Assembly: GCA_027339745.1 (NCBI GenBank)
Contig: DAHWNW010000002.1
Coordinates: 55,725 to 119,724 of the forward strand
Source: Nitrososphaerota archaeon
Lineage (GTDB): Archaea > Thermoproteota > Nitrososphaeria > Nitrososphaerales > Gagatemarchaeaceae
Length of the DNA stretch: 64,000 nt
Reading direction: 5' to 3'
Under the pieces are notes generated by a model. The model saw nothing but the letters and a program-made list of their open reading frames with translations, had not been told where the DNA came from and did not search any database. The translations under genes were made by a program, and so were the position numbers. Below are positions 37,059 through 45,459 of the stretch, in pieces (within the stretch, counting starts at the first letter, position 1; every line of letters starts with the position of its first letter).

Positions 37059-38147
37059 CTATCTGGTGGTCTCCCCAGACCTGACCGACTCGTAGAGCCT
37101 CCGGGCGGCAGGGTCCTTCTCGAAGTGGACCCTGATGGGCGCGATGATCGCGTCGAGGGCCTCGGCGACGCCCTTCTTGAGGTCAGCCGGGTGCAGCAGG
37201 CCGCCGATGTAGGCGTCCTCCAGCTCCTTGTAGGACGCGAATTCTACCGCCCCGCCGTACTTCTCGGGCCTCTCGACCCTGAAGGTCTTCCTCTTCCGGA
37301 AGATTATGTACTTGGAGTAGTCCATCAGGGCGTTCCCGGCCACCACCTTGGGGGGACAGTAGGCCGAGTTCACCTTGCTGCGTATCAACTCTGGCCCGTC
37401 GTGGACGAAGATCGAACTCTCTGGCTTGCTCTTGCTCATCTTGCTGGCTATCTCGGAGTCCAGGGCCCCGTTTTCGTCGAACCCTTCGGGTTCCTTCTTC
37501 CCCTGGAGCCCTATGAGCATGTGATGGTGGACCGCGACAGGCTTCTTCCATTTCAGCTTCACCGCTATCTCCCTGGCCAGTATGTTGGCGCGCCGCTGGT
37601 CGAGGCCCAGCTGGCAGATGTCCACGTCGAGCCAGAAGATGTCGGCTACCTGCATCATAGGGTAGAGGAGCTGAGCTGCCTGCACTGCTTCCTTGGACGT
37701 CCTCCCTGCGATGGTGAGGGCCCTCTGAGCCCGGGCCAGGGTGAAGTTCTGGGCGACGGCGACCACCTTCTTCCAATACTCCTCGTTCCTGGCCGCGTCG
37801 CTGGTCCAGAGGATTTCGACCTTGTCCATGTCGACCCCCGCAGCCTTCCAGACCTCGACGAAATACCGGCCGACATCCTGGATGCGCCCCAAGTCACCCC
37901 CCATCTTGTTGTTGACCCAGGCGAACCAGTCCGCGATCCAGAGCTTCATCCGGACCCCTGCCCTCAACATGTCTTCGACGAGTATCGGCCGGAGGACGCC
38001 GAAGGGGAGGTGGGCGAGCCCGCTCGGCTCGAAACCGTCGTATGCAGTCGGATGCTCCTTTGCCTGGAGGAGAGCCATCAGCTCTTCCCCGGTGATTATC
38101 TCCTCTCCGACCCCCTTGATCAGGGCGTACCTCTCTTCCAGGTCCAT
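37059..38147 (-). CDS. tyrS: Tyrosyl-tRNA synthetase (archaeal type)
   Basis: 'AYDGFEPSGLAHL' (HIGH-region equivalent) and 'KMSKSKPES'. ATG at 38145-38147. Confidence 0.85.
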   Translation of the reverse strand: MDLEERYALIKGVGEEIITGEELMALLQAKEHPTAYDGFEPSGLAHLPFGVLRPILVEDMLRAGVRMKLWIADWFAWVNNKMGGDLGRIQDVGRYFVEVWKAAGVDMDKVEILWTSDAARNEEYWKKVVAVAQNFTLARAQRALTIAGRTSKEAVQAAQLLYPMMQVADIFWLDVDICQLGLDQRRANILAREIAVKLKWKKPVAVHHHMLIGLQGKKEPEGFDENGALDSEIASKMSKSKPESSIFVHDGPELIRSKVNSAYCPPKVVAGNALMDYSKYIIFRKRKTFRVERPEKYGGAVEFASYKELEDAYIGGLLHPADLKKGVAEALDAIIAPIRVHFEKDPAARRLYESVRSGETTR

Positions 38148-38265
38148 CTGCCTCCGGCCCCATGCGCGCCAATTAAAACCGTTGACAAGGGGCCCGGTGT
38201 TGGAGGGCAACATCCTCCCAGAAAGTCTTAACTACGCTCGGAGGTTGCGCCGGGTTTGAGTTCTA

Positions 38266-38733
38266 TTGCCCAATGCGAGGCACTGGGTGTACGCCGCCGC
38301 CGTCGCGACCTACATCCTCAGCGTCTGGGGGGCCTACGTCACGGTGGGGGACTTCGGGGCGGGGTGTGGGACTGGGCTCGGCGCCAGCTGGCCGCTCTGC
38401 AACGGCACCCTCTTCCCTTCGTTCGCCCATTACGCGACCCTGATAGAGTACGTGCACAGGCTGCTGAGCGTCGTCATAGGGCTGATCATACTCTACGCTA
38501 CCGTCAAGGTCTGGATGGTGAAGCCGAGGCCTTCCCTACCGTCCAAGCTGATGCTCCTAGCGATAATCCTGATACCGATTCAGATCGGAATCGGAGGCGG
38601 GGTAATCGCCTCAGGGCTCGCACCGATCGTAGCTACCACGCACTTTGCCTTCGCCCTGGTCATCTTCGGGATAATAGTCTTCGCCGCAGCGTTGATGTTC
38701 GTCGAAGCCAGGGCCAAGAGCCAGACAGGCTGA
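38266..38733 (+). CDS. ctaA: Compact (4-helix) heme A synthase CtaA/Cox15-like
   Basis: Four hydrophobic helices, Cys pair in the first loop ('GAGCGTGLGASWPLCNG'), and His in 'YVHRLL' and 'TTHFAF'. Confidence 0.65.
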   Translation: MPNARHWVYAAAVATYILSVWGAYVTVGDFGAGCGTGLGASWPLCNGTLFPSFAHYATLIEYVHRLLSVVIGLIILYATVKVWMVKPRPSLPSKLMLLAIILIPIQIGIGGGVIASGLAPIVATTHFAFALVIFGIIVFAAALMFVEARAKSQTG

Positions 38734-38839
38734 GCCTTTCGTGCTGTGGACGTAGTACGCCGCGACCGAGTCGTCAACGCCCCGAGCCGGGGAACAGTCA
38801 GAGCCTACTCAATCCGGCCAGGCGGAAAAGAGGTCCCGC

Positions 38840-39175
38840 CTACGCGTGGTTGACGAGGGTCTCGATTTTTGACTTTATCACGTTGGAGGGGACCGCGCCG
38901 ACGACGATGTCCTCTACCTTCCCCTTCGAGAAGAACATCACTGTGGGGATGCTCATGATCCCGAACTGCGAAGCAAGTTCCTGATTGGCGTCGGTGTCCA
39001 CCTTCACGAACTTGACCCTCCCTTCGTACTCCTTTGAGAGCTCATGAATCACCGGTTCAATCATCTTGCAGGGGCCGCACCAGTCGGCGTAGAAATCGAC
39101 TACGACTGGCTGGGAGGACTTCACGACCTCGTCCTGGAACCCATTAGGCCGGAGGGGAATCACGTTGTCGGTCAT
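38840..39175 (-). CDS. Thioredoxin
   Basis: 'VVVDFYADWCGPCKM' active site. ATG at 39173-39175. Confidence 0.85.
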   Translation of the reverse strand: MTDNVIPLRPNGFQDEVVKSSQPVVVDFYADWCGPCKMIEPVIHELSKEYEGRVKFVKVDTDANQELASQFGIMSIPTVMFFSKGKVEDIVVGAVPSNVIKSKIETLVNHA

Positions 39176-40424
39176 ACAAAGACCGGGTCCCAGCTCCCTG
39201 TTCATAAATCTGCCTTGGGTCGGCCGCCTGCGGCCTGGGCATGGAGTCGGCTAAGGGCGAGCTCCTGAGCACATCCCCGACAGGGTTGTAGGACGCCAGG
39301 GTAGCCCCGTCGATTGCCTTCCACACGAGGTCGTGCAGACCCAGCTTGGTGACATACTCGTCTACGAGGTCAGACTTCACCCGCGTCCTCGGGTGGCGGG
39401 TTATGATCGCACAACAGTCCTTGTACTCCTCGAGGGAGAGGTCGTAGGTGGAGACGCGTCGGGCCATTCCGATTATCTCTTCCTTGTCGTAGGCCAGAAG
39501 GGGCCTTAGGATCGGCAGCGAGGAGCCGTGGTCGAATGACCCCACGTTCCACAAGGTCTGGGAGGCCGCCTGTGAGAGCGAGTCCCCGGTCGAGATCGCT
39601 ATCGCCCCGAAGGCAGGGGCGAGCGCCTCCGCGGTCATACGCATGAACCTCCGGAACAGAGACGGCTCCAGGTCCGCTGACCCCCCTGCGGTGGCGAGTT
39701 GGTACTCGGCGAAGGGGACGAGGACCAGGGTGCTCTTCCCTCCGTAGGACGAGAGGACCTTCACCTCCTTCATGACCTTGCTCTCCAGAGCGTACCTGGC
39801 CGTCGGGGCGAGGTAGAAGTGAAGGTAGACCGGGACGCACCCCCTCTTCATCAGCAACCACGCCGCAACAGGGGAGTCGATGCCGCCAGAGAAGAGGTGC
39901 ATCACCCGCCCTGCCGTCCCTACAGGGAGGCCGCCGGGCCCCGCGGTCTTGTTGGAATAGACGAGGGCATTGAACCTCGTCACGTCTACCCTGAGCACGA
40001 CGTCGGGGTGGGTCAGGTCCACCTTCATCCCGGTCTCCTCCTGGACGGCCGCCCCGAGCCTAAGAGCGAGCTCTCGCGAGGTAAGCGGGTAGCCTTTGTC
40101 GGATCGCCTCGGCTCGACCTTGAAGGACTTCCCCTGCGACCTCCTGGCAGCGTCAAGCACCGCCGCCCGGATCTCCCCGAAGTCGAGCCCCACCGGGACG
40201 ACCTCCGAGAACCAGGCGACCCCGAAGGTCCTGCTGAGTCGGCCCCCGACCGCTTCGGCCCCTCCCTCGGCGGTGACCAAGAACCTCCCCTCCCTGAGCT
40301 CGACGACTGGAGCGAGGCCGCTCAACGACCGCGCTATGTTCCGGCGGAGCGCGCGGACGAACTCCGGCCTGTTCTTCCCCTTCAAAGCTACTTCCGAATA
40401 GTGTACCACATAGGTGAGGGGCAT
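39144..40424 (-). CDS. thiI: tRNA 4-thiouridine/thiamine sulfurtransferase ThiI (no rhodanese domain)
   Basis: 'YSEVALKGKNRPEF' ferredoxin-like/THUMP N-terminus, PP-loop 'LFSGGIDSPVAAW', 'YKDCCAI'. Confidence 0.85.
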   Translation of the reverse strand: MPLTYVVHYSEVALKGKNRPEFVRALRRNIARSLSGLAPVVELREGRFLVTAEGGAEAVGGRLSRTFGVAWFSEVVPVGLDFGEIRAAVLDAARRSQGKSFKVEPRRSDKGYPLTSRELALRLGAAVQEETGMKVDLTHPDVVLRVDVTRFNALVYSNKTAGPGGLPVGTAGRVMHLFSGGIDSPVAAWLLMKRGCVPVYLHFYLAPTARYALESKVMKEVKVLSSYGGKSTLVLVPFAEYQLATAGGSADLEPSLFRRFMRMTAEALAPAFGAIAISTGDSLSQAASQTLWNVGSFDHGSSLPILRPLLAYDKEEIIGMARRVSTYDLSLEEYKDCCAIITRHPRTRVKSDLVDEYVTKLGLHDLVWKAIDGATLASYNPVGDVLRSSPLADSMPRPQAADPRQIYEQGAGTRSLYDRQRDSPPA

Positions 40425-40477
40425 TGGCGGATTCAGCCTCTTGGCAGGCGTAGATTAAGCCGTTCGGCCCCGGCGGG

Positions 40478-41344
40478 TCAACGCAGGACGGCGGCAACCA
40501 TCGCGACCAGGAATATGATCGCAAGATAGGGGCTTGAGAATTTGAAGGCCAGCCATGCGTTGTCCTTGGTGGGGGCCCTGAATAGCTTGATGTTGGTCGC
40601 GAGCAGGAGGAAGTCGAAAACGAGCGAAACCCCCAGGTAAACATAGAAGCCGGGTCCGAGGAAGTAGGATACGTACGTCAGGCTCACCGGGATGAGGAGT
40701 AGTGTGTTGAAGACGATGTACCTTGAGGCGGCAGCAGGCCCCACCACCGATGGGAGCATCGGGACGTTGACTGCCGTGTAGTCCTCCTCTGTGATGACCG
40801 CGAGGGACCAGAAGTGGCTCGGCGTCCATACAAAAACAAGCGCGCCGAGGAGCCATCCCACGGCGGCGTCGCTGTAAGTGACGGCGTACCAGCCGGCCAG
40901 AGCGGCGCAGCTCCCGGCGAACCCCCCGAGGACTATGTTCCAGCTGGTACGAGGCTTCAGGAAGAGCGTGTAAACAGGGACGTAGACGAAGGCGCCCAGG
41001 GCGATGAAGAAGGTTGCAAGTATGTCCAGTGTGAAGGCAGCCACGACCACACCGGCGGCGAGGAGACCGAGACCCATGATCAGGGCGTGCGAGGGCCGCA
41101 CTATCCTACCGGCCGGGAGGGGCCTCCCCATGGTCCGCTTCATCTTCGCGTCCATCCCCATCTCCAGGTAGCTGTTCAGCGCAAGGGCGCCGCTGGAGGC
41201 CAACGCTCCCCCCACCAACACCCCGGCCAAGGTTACGAGTGGCGGCAACCCCCTCTCGGCCACGACGGCCGAGCCCAGCGCGGCCATGAGAAGAAGCGGG
41301 GTGATCTTAGGCTTCGTTAGCGCGAGATAGTCTGAGAGGCTCAA
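40478..41344 (-). CDS. ctaB: Protoheme IX farnesyltransferase (heme O synthase)
   Basis: UbiA-fold membrane protein beginning 'YLALTKPKITPLLL' with 'LNSYLEMGMDAKMKRT' and 'WTPSHFW'. Confidence 0.85.
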   Translation of the reverse strand: MSLSDYLALTKPKITPLLLMAALGSAVVAERGLPPLVTLAGVLVGGALASSGALALNSYLEMGMDAKMKRTMGRPLPAGRIVRPSHALIMGLGLLAAGVVVAAFTLDILATFFIALGAFVYVPVYTLFLKPRTSWNIVLGGFAGSCAALAGWYAVTYSDAAVGWLLGALVFVWTPSHFWSLAVITEEDYTAVNVPMLPSVVGPAAASRYIVFNTLLLIPVSLTYVSYFLGPGFYVYLGVSLVFDFLLLATNIKLFRAPTKDNAWLAFKFSSPYLAIIFLVAMVAAVLR

Positions 41345-41437
41345 ATCGGGGGTTCCATCTGTGGCTGGGCCTCCGCGCTGCGTATTTTGGTCTTGCTCAG
41401 GGGATTCAGGAGGGCCCTGCGGTGAGCTTCGTTGAAA

Positions 41438-41450
41438 CCCTTAAGAAATC
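41438..41450 (+). promoter_or_regulatory. TATA-like box (CCCTTAAGAAATC) upstream of tRNA-Tyr
   Basis: About 25 nt upstream of tRNA position 1. Confidence 0.4.
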
Positions 41451-41470
41451 TCTGAGTTCCGGGCGCCCGT

Positions 41471-41627
41471 CCCGCGGTAGCTCAGCCTGGTAGTCCCGGA
41501 AGGGGCCAACAGCTTCCGGCTGTAGAGGTCGGCCATCGGCTGACCCGTCCAGCCTACTCAGGCCACAGTGACCGGAGTGTCGCAGGCTCAAAAGGTGCCT
41601 AGGCACCTGACAATCCTGCCCGCGGGA
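41471..41627 (+). tRNA. tRNA-Tyr (anticodon GUA) interrupted by three introns (positions 22/23, 37/38, 59/60)
   Basis: Exons are 41471-41493, 41511-41525, 41571-41592 and 41614-41627. They splice to CCCGCGGUAGCUCAGCCUGGUAGAGCUUCCGGCUGUAGACCGGAGUGUCGCAGGCUCAAAUCCUGCCCGCGGGA. This gives a full cloverleaf with a C1-G72 pair and A73. Each intron has a bulge-helix-bulge motif. No encoded CCA. Confidence 0.85.
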
Positions 41628-41757
41628 CACATTACCGCTAGAACGACCGCTCCGGCGCCCCGGGCGCACCATTCTGTACAAGCGTCTTCCTCGAAGGGGG
41701 CTCGGCAGGCGACTCGAGGAACCGTTTTATCCCCCACCAGAACGGGTTGAAACAGCG

Positions 41758-42324
41758 TTGAGTTCAGCTTCTCCCAAGAGCAGGAAGTCCAAGAAGGAAG
41801 GGGTCAAGGCCGAGGTCGTGGAGGAGGTGGAGAAGGCCGGGAAGGCGGTCAAGAGGGAGGTAAAAAGGGCTGAGAGAATGGGGGCCGAGTCGGCGAGGAG
41901 ACCCAAGGCGAAGCCTCAAGCTAAGGCTCCGGCTGGGAAAGCCCCCGTCCCCTCGGTCTTGTCCAGGCACGGGACCGAGATGATCAAGAGGGAAGGGAAG
42001 GGCTTCTCGGTCGGAGAGCTGTCCAGCGCAGGGCTTGCCCCCGGAGAGGCGGCCCGGTGGGGGGCGAGGGTTGACTACAGAAGAAGGAGCGTTATCGAAT
42101 CGAACGTGAGTGCCCTAAAGGGGTGGGCCGCATCACCTGCCGCGGCTCCTAAATCTGAGGGAGAGCCCGAGAAGGCGGGGCGAGCCCTGGAGAGGGCCGG
42201 AGAGGAAGTAGCCAGAGAAGCTGAAAAGGCCGGGAAGGCGGTGAAGAAGGAAGCCAAGAGGGTCGAGAAGGGGGCCGAGCAGAAGCTCGGGAAGAAGCCC
42301 CGTGCTAAGAAGTCCGAATCGTAG
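41758..42324 (+). CDS. rpl13e: Ribosomal protein L13e-domain protein with Lys/Glu-rich extensions
   Basis: Core 'REGKGFSVGELSSAGLAPGEAARWGARVDYRRRSVIESNVSALKGW' matches the L13e signature (RxGRGFSxxEL...VDxRR...NVxxL). TTG start about 30 nt after 'CCGTTTTATCCC'. Confidence 0.65.
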   Translation: MSSASPKSRKSKKEGVKAEVVEEVEKAGKAVKREVKRAERMGAESARRPKAKPQAKAPAGKAPVPSVLSRHGTEMIKREGKGFSVGELSSAGLAPGEAARWGARVDYRRRSVIESNVSALKGWAASPAAAPKSEGEPEKAGRALERAGEEVAREAEKAGKAVKKEAKRVEKGAEQKLGKKPRAKKSES

Positions 42325-43237
42325 CTGACTTCTCCGAGCGCACCGCCATGTACAAGTACTGCTGGGCGTAGCCTGCGTACTCGCCGAAGTATTCCCTCAG
42401 GGAGGCTGACAGCTTCGCGTATTCGCTGGCCGCCATTTTGACCTTCCCATCGCGCTCCAGCCGCGCCCTCAGGGACCGGTCCATCAGCCATGGGTACGAC
42501 CTCGCCACAGCCCTCGCGATCCACACGTCTATGGGAAAGGCCTCGTCTTTCCCGCACGAGTAAAGGAGGACGCAATCTGCAACCTTGGGCCCGACCCCCA
42601 GGAGCACCTTCTCCCCCGACAACTCCCTGAGGAGCAGCCTCCGCGCCTCCTCGTAGGGGAGAGACGAGACAGCGTCGAAGTCGACGTCCCCCCTCGCGAC
42701 CGAGGCCGCGACCCTTTTGAGGAATGGCGCCCTGTAACCCAGGCCGCAACCCCTGAGGGCAGAGACCGTCGGGCCCGCCAAAGCCTGCGGGCTTGGGAAT
42801 CTTCGGTAGACGTCCCCCTCGAACTCGATGGCCCCGCCGTACCTCGCGCAGACGTTGTCTACCATCTTCACTATCCGGGGGATGTTGGCGTTGGTCGCGA
42901 GGGCGAAGGAGGCGAGGCACTCCCACCTGTCTTGCCTGACCAGCCTCAGGCCGTAGAACCGTTCGACGGCCCGGGTGATGGGTTCGTCCTTGGAGATGGA
43001 AGCGAGTACGTGCTCCAGGTCCACGTCCAGCTGGAAGTATTCCGACACCCAGGGGGCGCCGAGGGCGTCTGAGCTGGAGACACACTTCAGGACGTCCCCC
43101 TCCTGCATCATCTTGACCACCCCCCCACCGACGACCCCGTACCACCAGTCCCCTCTCTTGGCCCACCTGAACGTCTGCCCGCTGACCAGGGTGTACTCCA
43201 GACTGAAAGGCGAGGTGAGCGGTACGACGAACTCCAT
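42305..43237 (-). CDS. 8-oxoguanine DNA glycosylase/AP lyase (Ogg, HhH-GPD superfamily)
   Basis: 'LVSGQTFRW' N-domain and HhH-GPD 'LLGVGPKVADCVLLY...FPIDVWI'. ATG at 43235-43237. Confidence 0.75.
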   Translation of the reverse strand: MEFVVPLTSPFSLEYTLVSGQTFRWAKRGDWWYGVVGGGVVKMMQEGDVLKCVSSSDALGAPWVSEYFQLDVDLEHVLASISKDEPITRAVERFYGLRLVRQDRWECLASFALATNANIPRIVKMVDNVCARYGGAIEFEGDVYRRFPSPQALAGPTVSALRGCGLGYRAPFLKRVAASVARGDVDFDAVSSLPYEEARRLLLRELSGEKVLLGVGPKVADCVLLYSCGKDEAFPIDVWIARAVARSYPWLMDRSLRARLERDGKVKMAASEYAKLSASLREYFGEYAGYAQQYLYMAVRSEKSATIRTS

Positions 43238-43325
43238 TCGCGGGTGGTGGTTCGGCGCCCCCGCGAAGATATATCCTTGCGGGCGGAATGCAGTTGAAAT
43301 AGACGCCCGGACGCCAGGGACGCCC

Positions 43326-44630
43326 ATGTCTGGCTCCTATCTTGAGGCGACTCGGCGCTCGGGTAAGCTATTCGAGCGGGCGAAGAAGGTGTTCGCAGGA
43401 GGAGTCAATCACAACGCCAGGTTCTACCAGCCCTATCCCCTGTTCGTGAACAAGGCCAAGGCACAGCACATTTGGGACGCCGACGGAAACAGGTACACGG
43501 ACTACTGGATGGGGCACATGGCCCTGATCCTCGGACACTCGCCGAAGCCTGTGGTGGACGCGCTCCGCGGGCAGATCAGCCACGGGACCCACTATGGGAT
43601 GGGGAGCAGCCTCTCCGTCGAGCTCGCGGAGGAGGTACAGAAGTCTGTCCCCTGCGCCGAGATGATGCGATTCTGCAACACGGGCGCTGAGGCGACGATG
43701 TACCTCGTGAGGCTCGCCAGGGGGTACACCGGAAAGAGGACGGTCATCAAGATGGCGGGGGGGTGGCACGGCTACAACACGGAGCTGAACAAAGGGGTCC
43801 ACAGGCCCTTCGACAAGTCGGAGAGCGCCGGCATCCTCGAAGAGGAGCAGGCTTTCGTAAAGAACGTGAGGTTCAACGACCTCGAAGCTGCGGAGCGGGC
43901 GGTCAGGGAGGCCGCCGAGGACACGGCCCTTATCTTCCTCGAGCCGGTGCTCGGGGCAGGGGGGTGCGTCCCGGCCGAGCCGGACTATCTGAGGGGCCTG
44001 AGGGAGCTGGCGGACAAGCACGGAGTCCTCCTGGCGTTCGACGAAATCATCACCGGGTTCCGCGTCTCGCTTGGAGGGGCGCAGGGGTTCTACGGCGTGA
44101 CCCCTGACCTGGCATCCTTCGGGAAGGTCGCTGGCGGCGGGCTCCCCCTCGGCCTGGTGGCGGGGAGGAAGGAGATCGTCTCGCTGGCGGACCCGAACAG
44201 GAAAGAGAGATTCGTGTCAATCGGCGGAGGGACGTTCTCAGAGAACCCCCTTAGCATGGCCGCGGGGCTCGCGACGGTAAGGCACCTTAGGAGGCACGCA
44301 GGGAGCGTCTACCCCGAACTCGACAAGGCGGGACGGGATGCGAGGGAGGCCGTGGACAGGGCCTTTGCGGAAGAAGGCGTCGTCGCGCACACAACAGGGC
44401 TTGGCTCGCTCTTCCTCACCCACTTCGGAGTGGATCCCAAGAACGCCGAAGAGTCAGCGGGAGGGGACAAGAAGGCGAGGCTGGACTATTGCCTTGAACT
44501 GATGTCCAAGGGCATCTTCATACTCCCGGGACACCCTGGAGGGATCTCGACGTGCCACACTCCCCAGGACTTGAAGGAGCTCGCTGAGCAGAGCGGTAAA
44601 TTCGCCGCTAGGCTGGCAAAGAAAAGATAG
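43326..44630 (+). CDS. hemL: Glutamate-1-semialdehyde 2,1-aminomutase-like class III aminotransferase
   Basis: 'LFERAKKVFAGGVNHNARF', 'NTGAEATM', 'FDEIITGFRV', 'SFGKVAGGGLPLG' (PLP Lys). ATG at 43326. Confidence 0.75.
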   Translation: MSGSYLEATRRSGKLFERAKKVFAGGVNHNARFYQPYPLFVNKAKAQHIWDADGNRYTDYWMGHMALILGHSPKPVVDALRGQISHGTHYGMGSSLSVELAEEVQKSVPCAEMMRFCNTGAEATMYLVRLARGYTGKRTVIKMAGGWHGYNTELNKGVHRPFDKSESAGILEEEQAFVKNVRFNDLEAAERAVREAAEDTALIFLEPVLGAGGCVPAEPDYLRGLRELADKHGVLLAFDEIITGFRVSLGGAQGFYGVTPDLASFGKVAGGGLPLGLVAGRKEIVSLADPNRKERFVSIGGGTFSENPLSMAAGLATVRHLRRHAGSVYPELDKAGRDAREAVDRAFAEEGVVAHTTGLGSLFLTHFGVDPKNAEESAGGDKKARLDYCLELMSKGIFILPGHPGGISTCHTPQDLKELAEQSGKFAARLAKKR

Positions 44631-44725
44631 GGCAAGAAACCCTTTGCATCGTAGGCCCGGACCCCCTCCGAAAGGCGGCAATGCCAGGTTCATCGCTGAA
44701 AGAACGCCCTGAAGGAGCTTGGTTC

Positions 44726-44731
44726 AAAAAA
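44726..44731 (-). terminator. Oligo-T terminator candidate downstream of sod
   Basis: T6 run on the minus strand about 17 nt after the sod stop. Confidence 0.35.
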
Positions 44732-44747
44732 GGCGTAGGGAAAGTGC

Positions 44748-45353
44748 TCACTTTGAGACTTTCCCAAATCTTGCGTCTGCTTCCGACCAGTTGACTACGT
44801 TCCACCAAGCCTCGACATACTTCGCCTTGTCGTTGAGGTACTGGGCGTAAAACGCATGTTCCCAGAGGTCCGAGCACACGATGACGTGCGCCTGAGCGAT
44901 GTGGTTCAGATTGTGTTTCTCTACCTGTGATATGATTAGCTGGTCGCTGACTGGCTCGTAGATCAGCATCGCCCAACCGCTCCCCTCTACGGTCTTCGAA
45001 GCGTCCGAGAACTGAGCCTTGAACTTGTCGAACCCGCCGAAGTCCCTGTTGATCTGGTCCGCGAGCTTTCCTCCGGGCGCACCTCCGCCCTTGCCCGCAG
45101 GGGCCATGTTCGGCCAGAATAGTGAGTGGAGTATGTGTCCGTCCGCGTTGAAGCCGAAGTCTCGGAGGACGCCTTTGATGTCAATCTGGAGTTCGCCCTT
45201 CCTGGCCTTCTCCAGCTTCTCCATGGCGGCATTTGCCCCCGTGACGTAACCTTGGTGGTGCTTGTCGTGGTGCAGCGTCATGATCTGCTTGGAAACGTGC
45301 GGTTCGAGCGCGTCGTACGCGTAAGGCAGTGGTGGAAGTGTGTATGTCTTCAT
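44748..45353 (-). CDS. sod: Fe/Mn superoxide dismutase
   Basis: 'YTLPPLPYAYDALEPH', 'HHDKHH', 'DLWEHAFY' metal-ligand motifs. Confidence 0.9.
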   Translation of the reverse strand: MKTYTLPPLPYAYDALEPHVSKQIMTLHHDKHHQGYVTGANAAMEKLEKARKGELQIDIKGVLRDFGFNADGHILHSLFWPNMAPAGKGGGAPGGKLADQINRDFGGFDKFKAQFSDASKTVEGSGWAMLIYEPVSDQLIISQVEKHNLNHIAQAHVIVCSDLWEHAFYAQYLNDKAKYVEAWWNVVNWSEADARFGKVSK

Positions 45354-45459
45354 CATGGAAAGCCCAAGACCATCGCGTAAAAATGTTGCCATATTGCCCA
45401 CCCAGACCCGCTTTACGTGGGCTCCGACCCCCGGACGTCCCCCTCGTCCGCCAGGTCCT

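Noticed and set aside
38256-38984. 242-aa ORF overlapping the compact CtaA gene in another frame.
   Set aside because: It is an Arg/Asp/Pro-rich nonsense-like sequence. The 38266-38733 frame gives four clean TM helices with the CtaA Cys pair and His residues.
41461-41670. SRP (7S) RNA Alu-domain: 'GCGGUAGCUCAGCCUGGUAGUCCCGGAAGGGG' looks like the 5' end of 7SL/Alu sequences ('GCGGUGGCUCACGCCUGUAAUCCCAGC...GGGAGG').
   Set aside because: The structured region is only about 200 nt. No helix-8-type S-domain motif was found. The segment resolves exactly into a tRNA-Tyr cloverleaf once three BHB-flanked introns are removed. The Alu-like look comes from the tRNA D-arm plus intron 1.
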